From contig JANLPV010000110.1 in assembly GCA_031367435.1 (NCBI GenBank), positions 3,561-67,560 on the forward strand: 64,000 nucleotides of DNA. The letters are read 5' to 3'. This DNA is from Actinomycetes bacterium. GTDB lineage: Bacteria > Actinomycetota > Acidimicrobiia > Acidimicrobiales > Ilumatobacteraceae. Below the pieces are notes generated by a model. That model searched no databases and was not told the origin of the DNA. It saw only the letters and a list, made by a program, of their open reading frames with translations. A program made the position numbers and the translations under genes. Position 1 is the first letter of the stretch. Every line of letters begins with the position of its first letter. This document shows positions 9,422 through 18,578 of this stretch, piece after piece.

Positions 9422-10768
9422 ATGGGAGCGATAACGGTATTTATCGCGGATGACAGTGTCTTCATTCGCGAGGGGGTCAAGGCAATGCTTTCGCGCCAGC
9501 CCGACCTCGAGATCGTGGGTGAGGCAGAAGACCATGATGGTCTCGTGAACGGCGCCGAGGCAGCAGCGCCAAACGTTGTCGTGAGCGACATCCGCATGCC
9601 GCCAAACTTTCTCCGCGAGGGCATCGAGGCCTGCAAGCTCATTCGCAAACGCCATCCCGGCACCGGCATCGTGATTCTCAGTCAGTACGACGACCCTGAC
9701 TATGCGATCGCACTCTTGTCCGAAGGCGCCGCCGGGTACGCGTATCTCCTGAAAGATCGGATTGCCGAGGGCGACCAGCTCGCGAGGGCAATTCGCGAAG
9801 TTGCGTCCGGCGGATCGATGCTTGATCCTGCTGTGGTGAGTGCGCTCATGAACCCGGTACGTCGTACCGGGGGGCTCAATGCCGACGACGACGCTCTACT
9901 CGAGATGGTCGCCGAAGGCAAGCCGATCAAGGCCATCGCCGTGGCCACCCAATCGACGCCCGCCGCGGTGGAGACGCGGGTCGAGGGTTTGTTCCTACGC
10001 CTCGCCGAGGGCGTTTCTGCTGGAACCGCTGGATCGCTCGACCGACTCAAGCGCATGCATACGGCCATCGTGTCGCGCGAGGAGCAGGGCGAATCGCTGT
10101 CGCGACTGTTACCCACGGGAGTAGCCGAACGAATCCGTGCCCGAGGCGCGCATGCGGGCGACACCGAACAACTCAATGTCACGGTATTGATGAGTGACAT
10201 TCGCGGATACTCCACGATCAGCGAACACACAGACCCCTCGCTTCTCGCCCAGCAACTCAACCGCCATCGGGCCGAGATGAACAGAGCAATTCTCGACGCC
10301 GGCGGCACGGTCATGCAGTACGTCGGCGACGCCGTGATGGCCGTCTTCGGCGCACCCGAGCCAACCACCGATCACGCCGACCGCGCTCTCGTGGCAGCTG
10401 TCGCGATGCACGCAGCGCAAGTCGCTGTCAACACGAAGTGGACCGCTGAAGGACTCGAACCGTTCCCCCTCGGCATCGGATTGTCCACCGGCGATGTGGC
10501 TGCCGCGATGCTCGGGTCAGACGAACGCCTCGAGTACACAATGGTCGGTGATGCGGTCAACCTCTGCCAACGGCTTCAGCAGTTCGCTGCCGACGGAGAG
10601 ATCGTGGCAAGCGACGCCACATGGGCACAACTCACTGTGAAACCGCCCGCCGAAGATCTCGGTGAACATCTCGTCAAGGGCCGATCCACACCGGTGCGGC
10701 CACGCAAGATCGCATCCGTCAATCAACACACGACCAGCACGGTCGCGAAGCAGGAGGAAGCATCATGA
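9422..10768 (+). CDS. response regulator receiver - degenerate LuxR-type HTH - class III adenylate/guanylate cyclase fusion
   Basis: REC motifs are FIADDS, VVVSDIRMPP and AYLLKD. An HTH-like stretch reads LLEMVAEGKPIKAIAVATQSTPAAVETRV. Cyclase motifs are VLMSDIRGYS, YVGDAVMAVFG and GDAVNLCQRL. Confidence 0.85.
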   Translation: MGAITVFIADDSVFIREGVKAMLSRQPDLEIVGEAEDHDGLVNGAEAAAPNVVVSDIRMPPNFLREGIEACKLIRKRHPGTGIVILSQYDDPDYAIALLSEGAAGYAYLLKDRIAEGDQLARAIREVASGGSMLDPAVVSALMNPVRRTGGLNADDDALLEMVAEGKPIKAIAVATQSTPAAVETRVEGLFLRLAEGVSAGTAGSLDRLKRMHTAIVSREEQGESLSRLLPTGVAERIRARGAHAGDTEQLNVTVLMSDIRGYSTISEHTDPSLLAQQLNRHRAEMNRAILDAGGTVMQYVGDAVMAVFGAPEPTTDHADRALVAAVAMHAAQVAVNTKWTAEGLEPFPLGIGLSTGDVAAAMLGSDERLEYTMVGDAVNLCQRLQQFAADGEIVASDATWAQLTVKPPAEDLGEHLVKGRSTPVRPRKIASVNQHTTSTVAKQEEAS

Positions 10769-11502
10769 CCGTCAGTGAATCCTTGATCGACGGCACCGCG
10801 GTCGATCACGATCTTGCTGTTGACGCACAACAGTTATTCCGAACCTTCGAGCAAGATATCGCGCCGGTACGCGCCTTGCGCGGCGCAGACTTGTATATCG
10901 GGCGCGGCGAGTTCGTGGCCGTGATGGGCCCGTCGGGCTGCGGCAAATCCACCCTCTTGAACATCATCGCTGGGCTGGAAGTTCCCGACGAGGGCGACGT
11001 CTCCGTGGCCGGGTATGCCCTTGTTGGCAAGTCCGAGAGCGAGCTCGCAATCATGCGACGTCAACACATTGGGATCGTGTTCCAGTTCTTCAACCTGCTC
11101 GAAGGTATGACCTCATTGGAAAACGTGCTCATGCCTGCACTGATCGCCGGACAAAAGCGGCGTGCCGCCGAAACACGAGCGCGCGACCTACTCGATCTGC
11201 TCGGAATCGGAGACAAGGCGAAGCAATCGCCGGCGGCGCTCTCGGGCGGCCAACGTCAGCGCCTCGCCATCGCCAGGGCGTTGGCCAATGAGCCCACCCT
11301 GCTGCTCGCAGACGAGCCAACGGGCGCGCTCGACTCCGAGGGCGGCGAAGAGGTACTCGAACTCTTCACCCGACTTCATTCGAGTGGGCAGACCATCTTG
11401 CTGGTCACTCACGACCAGCCCGTTGCCGACGCAGCCCAACGCGTTGTACGTATGAAGGATGGTCGCGTTGTCGACGACGGCCGTACGCCCACCCGCGATT
11501 GA
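10765..11502 (+). CDS. ABC transporter ATP-binding protein (MacB/LolD-like)
   Basis: Walker A is GPSGCGKST, the signature is LSGGQRQRLAIARAL and Walker B is LLLADEPTGALD. An AGGAGG SD is present, and the start overlaps the stop of the cyclase gene (ATGA). Confidence 0.95.
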   Translation: MTVSESLIDGTAVDHDLAVDAQQLFRTFEQDIAPVRALRGADLYIGRGEFVAVMGPSGCGKSTLLNIIAGLEVPDEGDVSVAGYALVGKSESELAIMRRQHIGIVFQFFNLLEGMTSLENVLMPALIAGQKRRAAETRARDLLDLLGIGDKAKQSPAALSGGQRQRLAIARALANEPTLLLADEPTGALDSEGGEEVLELFTRLHSSGQTILLVTHDQPVADAAQRVVRMKDGRVVDDGRTPTRD

Positions 11503-11512
11503 CCGAGCCACA

Positions 11513-13597
11513 ATGAGCGCATCGAGACGTCCCCTCGCGGGCAAGCTCGGAGTGGCAGTGTGTGTGATCAGTGTGCTCGCGGCCGGAGCGGTGCTCGTCG
11601 CTGTTCGCGCCGACGCCACCGTCGGAATGGTCGTGCTCACGTTTCTGGTCGGGGCCTGGGCATTGGCCGGCGTGGCCATCACGATCCGCGAGCAGTGCCC
11701 GGCAGCGTTGATCGTGCACGCATTCACGGCCGCTGCGGCGATCGGTGCGGTGTCGTGGGACCTGAACGCGACTCGCGATCTACACAACCTGAGCGGTCTG
11801 CTCGCCGACATCGGCCAGCGTCTCGCTGTAACGGTCACGCCGGCGCTGGTGTTTCACTTGTTGATGACGCTGCCCGATGGACATTTCTCGCGCTCCAGCC
11901 ATCGTCGAATTGTCGCTGTTGCCTACACGACGGCGCTGCTCACGATGTTGGCACTGCTCACTGATCGCGACAAGATCATCGTCTGGCCGGTGGCGGTGCT
12001 TTGGATTGCAGCGCTATCGGCCGCTCCGACGGCGCATACGAACTATCGGGCCGCCGGCGTGATCGACCAGCGACGAATGCAATGGATTGGTTGGGCCGCA
12101 CTGGTGGCCACCGAAGTGACGTTGGTGTCAGTTGCGCTGTCGTTCGTGGCTGATTGGCCACATCACATTGCCGAGATCGCGCTCGCTGGATCGGGTTTGG
12201 TGCCCTTGGCTATCGCCGCCAGCACAGCTTCGCGCCTTCTGGCGCGTGTCGATCGGCTGCTGACCCACACTGTGTCTCTCGCTGGGCTGACAGCGCTGAT
12301 CACAGTCGCGTATGTGCTGGCACTGGTAGCATTCGGTCGCAAGCCGAACGACGGCGAACGATCGCTGTTGTTGCTCTCGATGGTGGCCGCCGCGGCTGCC
12401 GCGATTGCGTATCAGCCGGCGCGGGTGTGGCTGACCGAGCGAGCCAACCGGGTGGTGTACGGCGAACGGGTGTCGCCCGATGAGGCATTGCGTACATGGG
12501 GTTCGCGGCTCACCCGCGCGATTCCGCTCGACGAGCTGTTGCTGCAGCTGGCCGAGACATTGCGAAAATCGATGCGGCTCAGCAGCGCCCAGATCTGGAC
12601 CGGAGCCGATGGTCATTACGAGGTGGCGGCGATGGTGCCGCACCGTTCGTTGCGTCCGTTTGTGGTGGGCGACAAGGAACGGACCGTTGCCAGCCGAGCA
12701 GGCGTATCCGGCGGAACGTGGATCAATATTTGGTTGCCCGGACTCATCGACTCATCGACAGCAGCCATCAGCCGAGTAGCTCCGATCGCGCACAGTGGCG
12801 AGCTTCTCGGCCTGATCGTGTGTGAGCGGCCGGCGGACAGAGCGGCCTTCACGGACGAGGACGACCGAGTGCTCACCGAGCTAGCTCGCCAGGTTGGCCT
12901 AGCCCTGCACAACGTGCAGCTCGACACGGCGCTGCAAGCCTCGCTCGACGAGCTGCGACACACCAACGACGAACTACGCGCCTCACGCGTGCGCATCGTC
13001 GCTGCGGGCGATGCCGAGCGGCGCAAGCTCGAACGCAATCTGCACGACGGCGCCCAGCAGCATCTGGTGGCTCTCGCCGTGAAACTACGTCTGGCCAAAG
13101 ACTCCGTCGTTGACGATCCGGCCGATGCCGAGGCGATGATCGACGAAATCCGTGGAAACTTACGAGAGGCCATCACCGAGTTGCGCTCTCTCGCCCACGG
13201 CATCTTCCCCCCACTGCTGATGTCCGGTGGCCTTGGCGAAGCGCTCCCCGCTGCGGCGGCTCGAGCCGCATTGCCAACCGCCACCGACATCACGGTGGGC
13301 CGGCACACCCAAGAGGTGGAGGCCGCCGTCTACTTTTGTTGCATGGAGGCGATGCAGAACTCGGGCAAACACGCTGGCGACGGGGCCTCCGCTCTGGTGC
13401 GAGTGTGGGAGGACGCCGATGCGTTGCGCTGGGAGGTGACCGACGACGGGCCGGGCTTCGATCCAATCGATATCGCCGGCGAGGGCCACGGCTTCGTCAA
13501 CATGCGCGACCGCATGGGTTCGTTCGGTGGCACGCTCGAGGTTGTCAGCGCCGCCGGTGCCGGCACCACCGTCCGCGGCCACATCCCGCTCGGCTAG
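11513..13597 (+). CDS. sensor histidine kinase, multi-TM N-domain + GAF-like + HisKA_3 + HATPase_c
   Basis: The H-box is ERRKLERNLHDGAQQHLVAL. A GAF-like segment reads GELLGLIVCERPADRAAF, and the ATPase G-box region reads GHGFVNMRDRMGSFGG. The start is uncertain; an alternative ATG at 11459 overlaps the ATPase gene. Confidence 0.85.
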   Translation: MSASRRPLAGKLGVAVCVISVLAAGAVLVAVRADATVGMVVLTFLVGAWALAGVAITIREQCPAALIVHAFTAAAAIGAVSWDLNATRDLHNLSGLLADIGQRLAVTVTPALVFHLLMTLPDGHFSRSSHRRIVAVAYTTALLTMLALLTDRDKIIVWPVAVLWIAALSAAPTAHTNYRAAGVIDQRRMQWIGWAALVATEVTLVSVALSFVADWPHHIAEIALAGSGLVPLAIAASTASRLLARVDRLLTHTVSLAGLTALITVAYVLALVAFGRKPNDGERSLLLLSMVAAAAAAIAYQPARVWLTERANRVVYGERVSPDEALRTWGSRLTRAIPLDELLLQLAETLRKSMRLSSAQIWTGADGHYEVAAMVPHRSLRPFVVGDKERTVASRAGVSGGTWINIWLPGLIDSSTAAISRVAPIAHSGELLGLIVCERPADRAAFTDEDDRVLTELARQVGLALHNVQLDTALQASLDELRHTNDELRASRVRIVAAGDAERRKLERNLHDGAQQHLVALAVKLRLAKDSVVDDPADAEAMIDEIRGNLREAITELRSLAHGIFPPLLMSGGLGEALPAAAARAALPTATDITVGRHTQEVEAAVYFCCMEAMQNSGKHAGDGASALVRVWEDADALRWEVTDDGPGFDPIDIAGEGHGFVNMRDRMGSFGGTLEVVSAAGAGTTVRGHIPLG

Positions 13598-13832
13598 ATA
13601 CACCGGCGCCCGCCCCTTGGGCGTCACCCGTCGCACCTGCACCTGGGTATGGGCAGACCTGGTGTGGGCAGCAACCCACGCCACCGGTAGCGAATCCACC
13701 ATCCCGCATCCCCGCGGAAGGCCTCGGATCTCCCGGATTTGGAGCACACAACAGGTCGGCGGATTCAATCGGTCGGCGCAACAAGGAGGGCGACCGGGGC
13801 GGACTGGGCGACCAGGGGCGGCGGAGTCGGTG

Positions 13833-16346
13833 CTATTCGGTACGGAGCTGAGCGGCTGGTGTGCGTCGGGTAACCCAACGAGCGGCGACAGCGGCGACGC
13901 CAACCGTCACGACCAGCGCAACGAGGGGTGGAATCATCGTTGGCAGCAACGGCATCACCGGGCCCGACGGAATGAACACGCGAAGTGCCACAATCCGCCA
14001 GACCGACCGACCGAGCACCAACCCAAGCGGCACACCGACGGCGGCAGTTGCTGCGACGAGAAACACTCCAGCCGTCAGGCCGACTCGACGACGCTGGCGC
14101 GACGTCATCCCCAGCGCGGCCAGCACAGCAAGATCACCTGCATGACGCTGCAGCAGGGTGATGAGAGCATGAATCAGCGACGCGAGCGCGAGGACGCCAA
14201 TCAGCGCGGCGATCAGCCAAGGTACTGAACGAAGCCGTTCGAGGTTGCCGAGGTCGATCTGGGGCACTGCCTCCCGCGCCGACGCCGGGAAGTCGTGCAC
14301 CACCGAATCTGTGGCGGCTTGACGGTCTGCTGTGGGCTTGAAACGAATGACAATCGACTGGGCAACCGGATTACCCCCGCCATCTCCGATCAGGGTGTGA
14401 GCGAGATCCGGCGACACGACGATGCCTTCTCCTGCGCTCGCCCTGTTTGTCACTGGTTCACTGACGACCGCGATGCCGGTGACGTGCAAGGTTTTGGTGA
14501 GGGCGTCACCCGAGAAGTTCTGCCAGGTGAGCGCCACCGTGTCGCCGATCCGTTTCTTCAAATTCTTGGCAGTTTCAGCTCCCAATGCGACCTCGTCTTC
14601 GGCGCGTGGTGCTTGTCCTGTCTCCATGACGGTGGGAGCTGATCCAACGATGGGCTCTACAGCGAGATACAGCACATCGAGCCCATCGATTTTGGTAACG
14701 TCGGTGGCGGTCAGAATCGCGGCGGCATCGGCCACATTGGGATTGCTCCTGATGAGATCGACGCCATGTTGGTATTGCACCGGGTCCGAGTATTCGCCGA
14801 TCGCTACGTCCCACAGCGCCCCGTACCGCGCTGGCTGTTCGACCACCCGGTTGAAACTGGCCACAAGTGTTCCTGCGCCGACTGCCACAGCCACGGCCGC
14901 AGCACCCGCGGCTATGGCAAGTCTAAATGACACCCCGCGGGTGAACGCCAGGGCTACACGTGGCACCGGTCCGAGTGGCGCCGCCAAACTCGATGCTGCT
15001 TGCCGAACCCGCGGCCTGTCAGATCTATCGGCTGCGATCACGGCGGCCGCAGCAACGGCGGCGAAGAACAACGCGAGCGCAACGGCGACGACCTCGAGGA
15101 CGGGCCAATCAAATCTGATCGGATGCGAGTATTCGAGGCGCCGCGCAAGGCCAACGGGGCCCAACGGTGACAGGCCAACGATCGCGATCACGGCGATACC
15201 GATTGCCATCAACGCCGCGAAGAGCGAACGCACAACCGAGCCGATGATCAGGCCCGAACGCGTGAACCCAAGTGCGGCGAGCGCCGCCCTGTCGCCCTGC
15301 TCACGCCGTAGCTGGCGCGCCAAGGTGAGACCGACAAAAACCACTGCCGCGACCATTGCGATCATGGCAAATACGAGGACGCCTTGACGCTCGGTATCCA
15401 CTCCGCGTCTCAGCGCGGGGAGATCGACGTCCTCAACCGATCCTGTGTTGATGTTCCACCCAGGCGTACCTTCGGCGAGGGACGATCCGAATTCGCTGAC
15501 CGCCGACGGGCCACCGCGCAGCCGCACGGCCGCCCCGTAGCCCCACGTCGCAAAGTCATCACCATGGGCAGCCGTCCAACCCGGACCGGCGTACAGTCCG
15601 TCGGGAAGAAATAGACCCGTGAGATCGCCGCTTGGGCGTCGTTGAAGGTCGCCGGGGCCTCGCAGAATGCCTACGACTCGACACTCGATCGGAGCCGTTT
15701 CCGGTGTGCCCGCACTGGAGGTTGGTATATCGATGTGGGCTTGGCTCCACGATGCAAGACGTATCGTGTCGCCGACATGGATGTTGCCGGCGGCCGCGGC
15801 CCCTTCTCCGATCATGACCTCGTCGGTGGCAGCTTGGTCGGCCCACCGTCCGGCGAGCAAGATCTGACGACTGACGATTGCACCGACGTCGGGCTTGGCC
15901 ATCGCCATCATCTGCACCCCACGCCCCCACCCGGTTTTGGCCGTGGGGTCGAGAATGCCCGCCATCAGAAACCCCGCCGTGGTCCAACTCTCCACATCGG
16001 GTCTGTTCGCCAAGATGTCTTGTGCCATCGATTCGGTCGTGTGCCTGTTGACGCACAGCCTCACGCCTTCTTCCTGCGACAGCGCCTGAGGGTCAACGAC
16101 AGCGGCGGGGCAGCCCTGCACGATTACGTCGTAGGAACGGCTACGCGCTCTGTGCCGCTCGACGGCCCCGTCGGCGCGGCGGGCAGCCTGCAGCGACGCG
16201 CCGATGAGGCCGGCAGACAAACCAGCAAAGAGACCAAGCGTTACCGTGGCGACCCAACGGCGGCGCAAGACCGACCGCACCCAAAGCGCGATTGCAGGCA
16301 CTGTTGTTAGCTCAGCCGTCAAGCCAGGCTGGGTCGCCGCCGGCAT
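13833..16346 (-). CDS. ABC transporter permease, fused double FtsX/MacB-type
   Basis: The 837-aa protein has two TM bundles and the C-terminal tail RWVTRRTPAAQLRTE. The ATG at 16346 overlaps the upstream receiver gene by 35 nt. A GTG about 45 nt downstream is an alternative start. Confidence 0.85.
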   Translation of the reverse strand: MPAATQPGLTAELTTVPAIALWVRSVLRRRWVATVTLGLFAGLSAGLIGASLQAARRADGAVERHRARSRSYDVIVQGCPAAVVDPQALSQEEGVRLCVNRHTTESMAQDILANRPDVESWTTAGFLMAGILDPTAKTGWGRGVQMMAMAKPDVGAIVSRQILLAGRWADQAATDEVMIGEGAAAAGNIHVGDTIRLASWSQAHIDIPTSSAGTPETAPIECRVVGILRGPGDLQRRPSGDLTGLFLPDGLYAGPGWTAAHGDDFATWGYGAAVRLRGGPSAVSEFGSSLAEGTPGWNINTGSVEDVDLPALRRGVDTERQGVLVFAMIAMVAAVVFVGLTLARQLRREQGDRAALAALGFTRSGLIIGSVVRSLFAALMAIGIAVIAIVGLSPLGPVGLARRLEYSHPIRFDWPVLEVVAVALALFFAAVAAAAVIAADRSDRPRVRQAASSLAAPLGPVPRVALAFTRGVSFRLAIAAGAAAVAVAVGAGTLVASFNRVVEQPARYGALWDVAIGEYSDPVQYQHGVDLIRSNPNVADAAAILTATDVTKIDGLDVLYLAVEPIVGSAPTVMETGQAPRAEDEVALGAETAKNLKKRIGDTVALTWQNFSGDALTKTLHVTGIAVVSEPVTNRASAGEGIVVSPDLAHTLIGDGGGNPVAQSIVIRFKPTADRQAATDSVVHDFPASAREAVPQIDLGNLERLRSVPWLIAALIGVLALASLIHALITLLQRHAGDLAVLAALGMTSRQRRRVGLTAGVFLVAATAAVGVPLGLVLGRSVWRIVALRVFIPSGPVMPLLPTMIPPLVALVVTVGVAAVAARWVTRRTPAAQLRTE

Positions 16347-16764
16347 CCCACAGGCTGCGAATGACCCGCGGCGAGAGCTCGTCTTTGTTCACGTATGCGG
16401 CGGCGCCACACGTACGCGCGGCAGCCGGCATGTCGGCCTCGGTGTATGTGGACACAAGAATGACGAGAGTTTCGGGGTGTTGAGCGGTGATGATGCGCGT
16501 GGCTTCGAGACCATCCATCGCACCCATATTGATGTCCATCAACACCAGGCCCGGATGCAAAACACCGACCAACTCGACGGCTTCTTCACCCGAAGTTGCC
16601 TCCGCCACCAGTTCGAAACCCTTCACACGTGTGATGACGGCGCGCGCGGCTGCGCGAAATGGCGCCTGATCGTCGACGACGAGTACTCGCACAACGTCGG
16701 TTTCCGCATCCATCGAGTCGGCACCTACCGATTCGCTCGCCTGTTCCATCAACAACGCCTCCAT
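16312..16764 (-). CDS. single-domain response regulator (receiver only)
   Basis: REC motifs are VLVVDDQ, LVLMDINMGAMDG and AAAYVNKD. No output domain is present. Confidence 0.8.
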   Translation of the reverse strand: MEALLMEQASESVGADSMDAETDVVRVLVVDDQAPFRAAARAVITRVKGFELVAEATSGEEAVELVGVLHPGLVLMDINMGAMDGLEATRIITAQHPETLVILVSTYTEADMPAAARTCGAAAYVNKDELSPRVIRSLWDAGGDPAWLDG

Positions 16765-16784
16765 GACCCTGTCATGGTCGCACC

Positions 16785-17498
16785 TCAGGCCCGATCGGGG
16801 AATCGTACTGATACGTCGCCGGTGGTGTGGCCAGCATCACCAGCGGTGAGATACATGAGTACGGCCGCGACTCGGCGATTGACATCGGGTTCCTCGCTGA
16901 GGTGCAGTTTGGAGAAGATCGCATTGATGTGCTTCTCGACTGCTCGCTCGGAAAGCACCAGAGCTGCGGCGATCGCAGCGTTCGACTTTCCTGTTGCCAT
17001 CTCGCCAAGAACTTCTCGCTCGCGCGGGGTCAGGAAGTCGAGTGGCTTCTTGGCCACGCGGCTCGACGAGGCAACGAGCTGTTCGACGACCTTTGGGTCG
17101 ATGACCGCTCCCCCATCGGCCACAACCCGAATCGCATCGACAAGATCGTCGACGTGAGCAACACGATCCTTCAACAAGTAACCACGTCGGGCGGAACCCT
17201 CGGCCAGCAGCGCCACTGCGAAATTGGGCGACACATATTGGCTCAACACGATCACACCGGTCTCGGGATGACTGATGCGTAACGCGGCAGCAGCCCGAAT
17301 GCCCTCGTCGGTGCTTGTAGGAGGCATGCGAATGTCGGTGACGACCAAGTCGGGGGTGGTGTCAGCAACCAGCGCGAGTAATTCGTCGAGGTCGCCCGCG
17401 GTACCCACGAGTTCAAAGTCTGACGTCGAGGAGATCAACCGCGCTAGGCCATCGCGTAGAAGCGCGTTGTCCTCGGCGATCACGATACGAATCGGCAC
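16785..17498 (-). CDS. NarL/LuxR-family DNA-binding response regulator
   Basis: REC motifs are IVIAEDN, LVVTDIRMPP and YLLKD. The C-terminal LuxR HTH reads LTPREREVLGEMATGKSNAAIAAALVLSERAVEKHINAIFSKL. It starts with GTG. Confidence 0.9.
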   Translation of the reverse strand: MPIRIVIAEDNALLRDGLARLISSTSDFELVGTAGDLDELLALVADTTPDLVVTDIRMPPTSTDEGIRAAAALRISHPETGVIVLSQYVSPNFAVALLAEGSARRGYLLKDRVAHVDDLVDAIRVVADGGAVIDPKVVEQLVASSSRVAKKPLDFLTPREREVLGEMATGKSNAAIAAALVLSERAVEKHINAIFSKLHLSEEPDVNRRVAAVLMYLTAGDAGHTTGDVSVRFPDRA

Positions 17499-17518
17499 GC
17501 TGCGATCTTAGTTGGCGC

Positions 17519-17920
17519 TCAGCGACACGCCGGACCAGGCAACCGGAGCGACCCCGCAAAGATGGCCGCTGGCAACAACACCTCGAGTGCGACGCAGGCG
17601 GTGCCGAGTGGATCTGCTCGTGGCCGGCGCAGAGCCGTTGGTGTGTCTGCCTCGCCAAGGACTCCGCAGATGAACATCATCGACAGAATTCGCACGATGT
17701 CGCGCCGCCCACGACTCTCGGCGACGAGCAACGCGGCCAGCATCGTATACGGCGCGCTGATAGCCGTGCCGATGGTCAACGCTTGAGCCGCGACGCTGCC
17801 GGGAAAGTGCAGACCAAAGAGTCGAGCTGGTTTGCCCCTCCTGATCGAGTGGACCGCACCGATCAACGAGACTGCGACATATAGCTTGACGAGAATGCGC
17901 ACGCCAATAGTGGACCTCAA
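17519..17920 (-). CDS. hypothetical membrane protein
   Basis: The 133-aa ORF has several hydrophobic segments. It lies directly upstream of, and co-oriented with, the NarL regulator. No motif was recognised. Confidence 0.45.
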   Translation of the reverse strand: MRSTIGVRILVKLYVAVSLIGAVHSIRRGKPARLFGLHFPGSVAAQALTIGTAISAPYTMLAALLVAESRGRRDIVRILSMMFICGVLGEADTPTALRRPRADPLGTACVALEVLLPAAIFAGSLRLPGPACR

Positions 17921-18115
17921 CCGAGCGACTTGGACCAGCGTGCTAGCACGAATTGAACAGTGGTGACATCACGCGATGCGGACCCGTCTTCGACGTGGGC
18001 ACACGTGCATGACGTCGCCGTCGTGTAGCGACACGTCACTTGCCGACAACTGCGATCGGCGCGACCACAGGCCGCATGGCTCGACAGTCACGGGCAGGGA
18101 GCGATCTCAACCAGG

Positions 18116-18469
18116 ATGGACAGGTTCTCGCCGACGACGCCTGCTGCTCGGTACCCGATCCCGATGTTGTCGATCGTGCTCCGTAACATTGGGAACATGG
18201 GCGTTGAAGTAACGCAGGTTGCTGTCAGTTCAGATGCCCGGTTCTCATATGCGACCATCAAGCCGCACGTCGGGCCAGCCTGTCCGTTCATACTCGCACC
18301 GCACAGCAGCGCCACTTACTTTGTCGAGATGCACGAGGTCGTGACCGCAGCGCAGACATTCACCGAAGTGATGCACGCTTCGACGAACAAGATTCGGTCC
18401 TTTGTGGAGCTTGGATCTGGTCTCGAAATCACCGGCAAGTGGGAGACGGTCTCTCCGGAAGCAAAGTGA
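18116..18469 (+). CDS. hypothetical protein (orphan, in lower-GC islet)
   Basis: The 117-aa ORF starts with ATG and has protein-like, non-repetitive composition. Its visibly lower GC differs from the flanks. No family was recognised. Confidence 0.45.
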   Translation: MDRFSPTTPAARYPIPMLSIVLRNIGNMGVEVTQVAVSSDARFSYATIKPHVGPACPFILAPHSSATYFVEMHEVVTAAQTFTEVMHASTNKIRSFVELGSGLEITGKWETVSPEAK

Positions 18470-18578
18470 CACAGGTGCGATTCTCGAGCGCATAGCGTTG
18501 CCGTCGTGTGTTTCACCCGACTTCATGAACTTGAATTTTGTACAAACGGCCTGCGTATGTAGGGCATATACCGCTGGG

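Noticed and set aside
13598-13832. The 235-bp convergent intergenic region holds short hairpins (CGCCC-N7-GGGCG; CACCTGG...CCTGGTG) that could be terminators or an sRNA.
   Set aside because: The stems are only 5-7 bp, imperfect and without a U-tract. I cannot distinguish them from chance GC-rich self-complementarity without a folding computation.
18017-18509. A 10-bp direct repeat GCCGTCGTGT (18017-18026 and 18500-18509) flanks the 117-aa orphan ORF, which might represent target-site duplications.
   Set aside because: A single 10-mer match within about 1.3 kb of GC-biased sequence is expected by chance roughly once. There are no associated inverted repeats or transposase.
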